Shown here piece by piece: positions 63,749-64,000 of a stretch of 64,000 nucleotides of DNA. The notes below the pieces were generated by a model that saw only the letters and a program-made list of their open reading frames with translations, had not been told where the DNA came from and made no database searches. The position numbers and the translations under genes are program-made. Position 1 is the stretch's first letter; the number at the start of each line of letters is the position of its first letter. Source of the DNA: Spirochaetia bacterium (GTDB taxonomy: Bacteria; Spirochaetota; Spirochaetia; UBA9216); NCBI GenBank assembly GCA_965140585.1, contig OZ223270.1, positions 608,001 through 672,000 of the forward strand. Reading direction: 5' to 3'.

Positions 63749-64000
63749 GGACAGATTCGGAAGGGCAAGCTACAGATGCTGAGATAGTTGCAGACGATAA
63801 GGCTGCCCTTGATATTACATTTTCAGGGACTGATACGCTAACTTCAGTAACAGGCAATCTAACTTTACCGACATCCGGATCAGCCGGCTCCACTATCACA
63901 TGGGCAAGTGATACAGAGACGGTAGTTGCAGCAGATGGAACAGTTACAAGACCTGCTTTTTCTGATGGTGATGCAACTGTGGTAATGACAGCTACGATTA
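63640..64000 (+). CDS. Surface lipoprotein with Ig-like (atrophied Big-type) repeat, runs off the right edge
   Basis: Not in the ORF track. GTG start; same leader as the 58744 gene, then SVTGNLTLPTSGSAGSTITWAS...DGTVTRP...DATVVMTATI. Confidence 0.85.
   Translation, partial: MKQFNLISKHAVLFFVVVLVLSLVTASCSDFFTLMTGTDSEGQATDAEIVADDKAALDITFSGTDTLTSVTGNLTLPTSGSAGSTITWASDTETVVAADGTVTRPAFSDGDATVVMTATI

Overview
Bacterial chromosomal window, probably from a free-living spirochaete. This is inferred from the 'MFAGGQQE'-type sugar-binding protein leader, many lipoproteins and REC-PAS-HisKA_2 kinases. No rRNA, tRNA or CRISPR array was seen. From left to right: an RND efflux pair with a NarL-type two-component system; HisKA_2 kinases, one broken by an in-frame amber codon; TetR-controlled hydrolase/SDR genes; a DUF6530-like/GIY-YIG pair; an OmpR-type system with a TolC-MacAB exporter; a hexuronate cluster (uxaC, UxuB-like SDR, LarA-family epimerase, gnd, PfkB kinase, DeoR) beside GH3/GH2/AraC/sugar-ABC genes; a LysR-MBL hydrolase-DASS transporter-malic enzyme-LarA racemase module; and several internally deleted pseudogenes. 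The most unusual part is 58.4-64 kb. It is a tandem array of surface-protein genes in which near-identical DNA modules (beta-barrel 3' end plus lipoprotein signal peptide, Ig-like stalk, stop/RBS junction) bracket unrelated or hypervariable payload domains, and it includes a visible microhomology deletion scar. All product calls are from motif recognition by eye; no database search was run.
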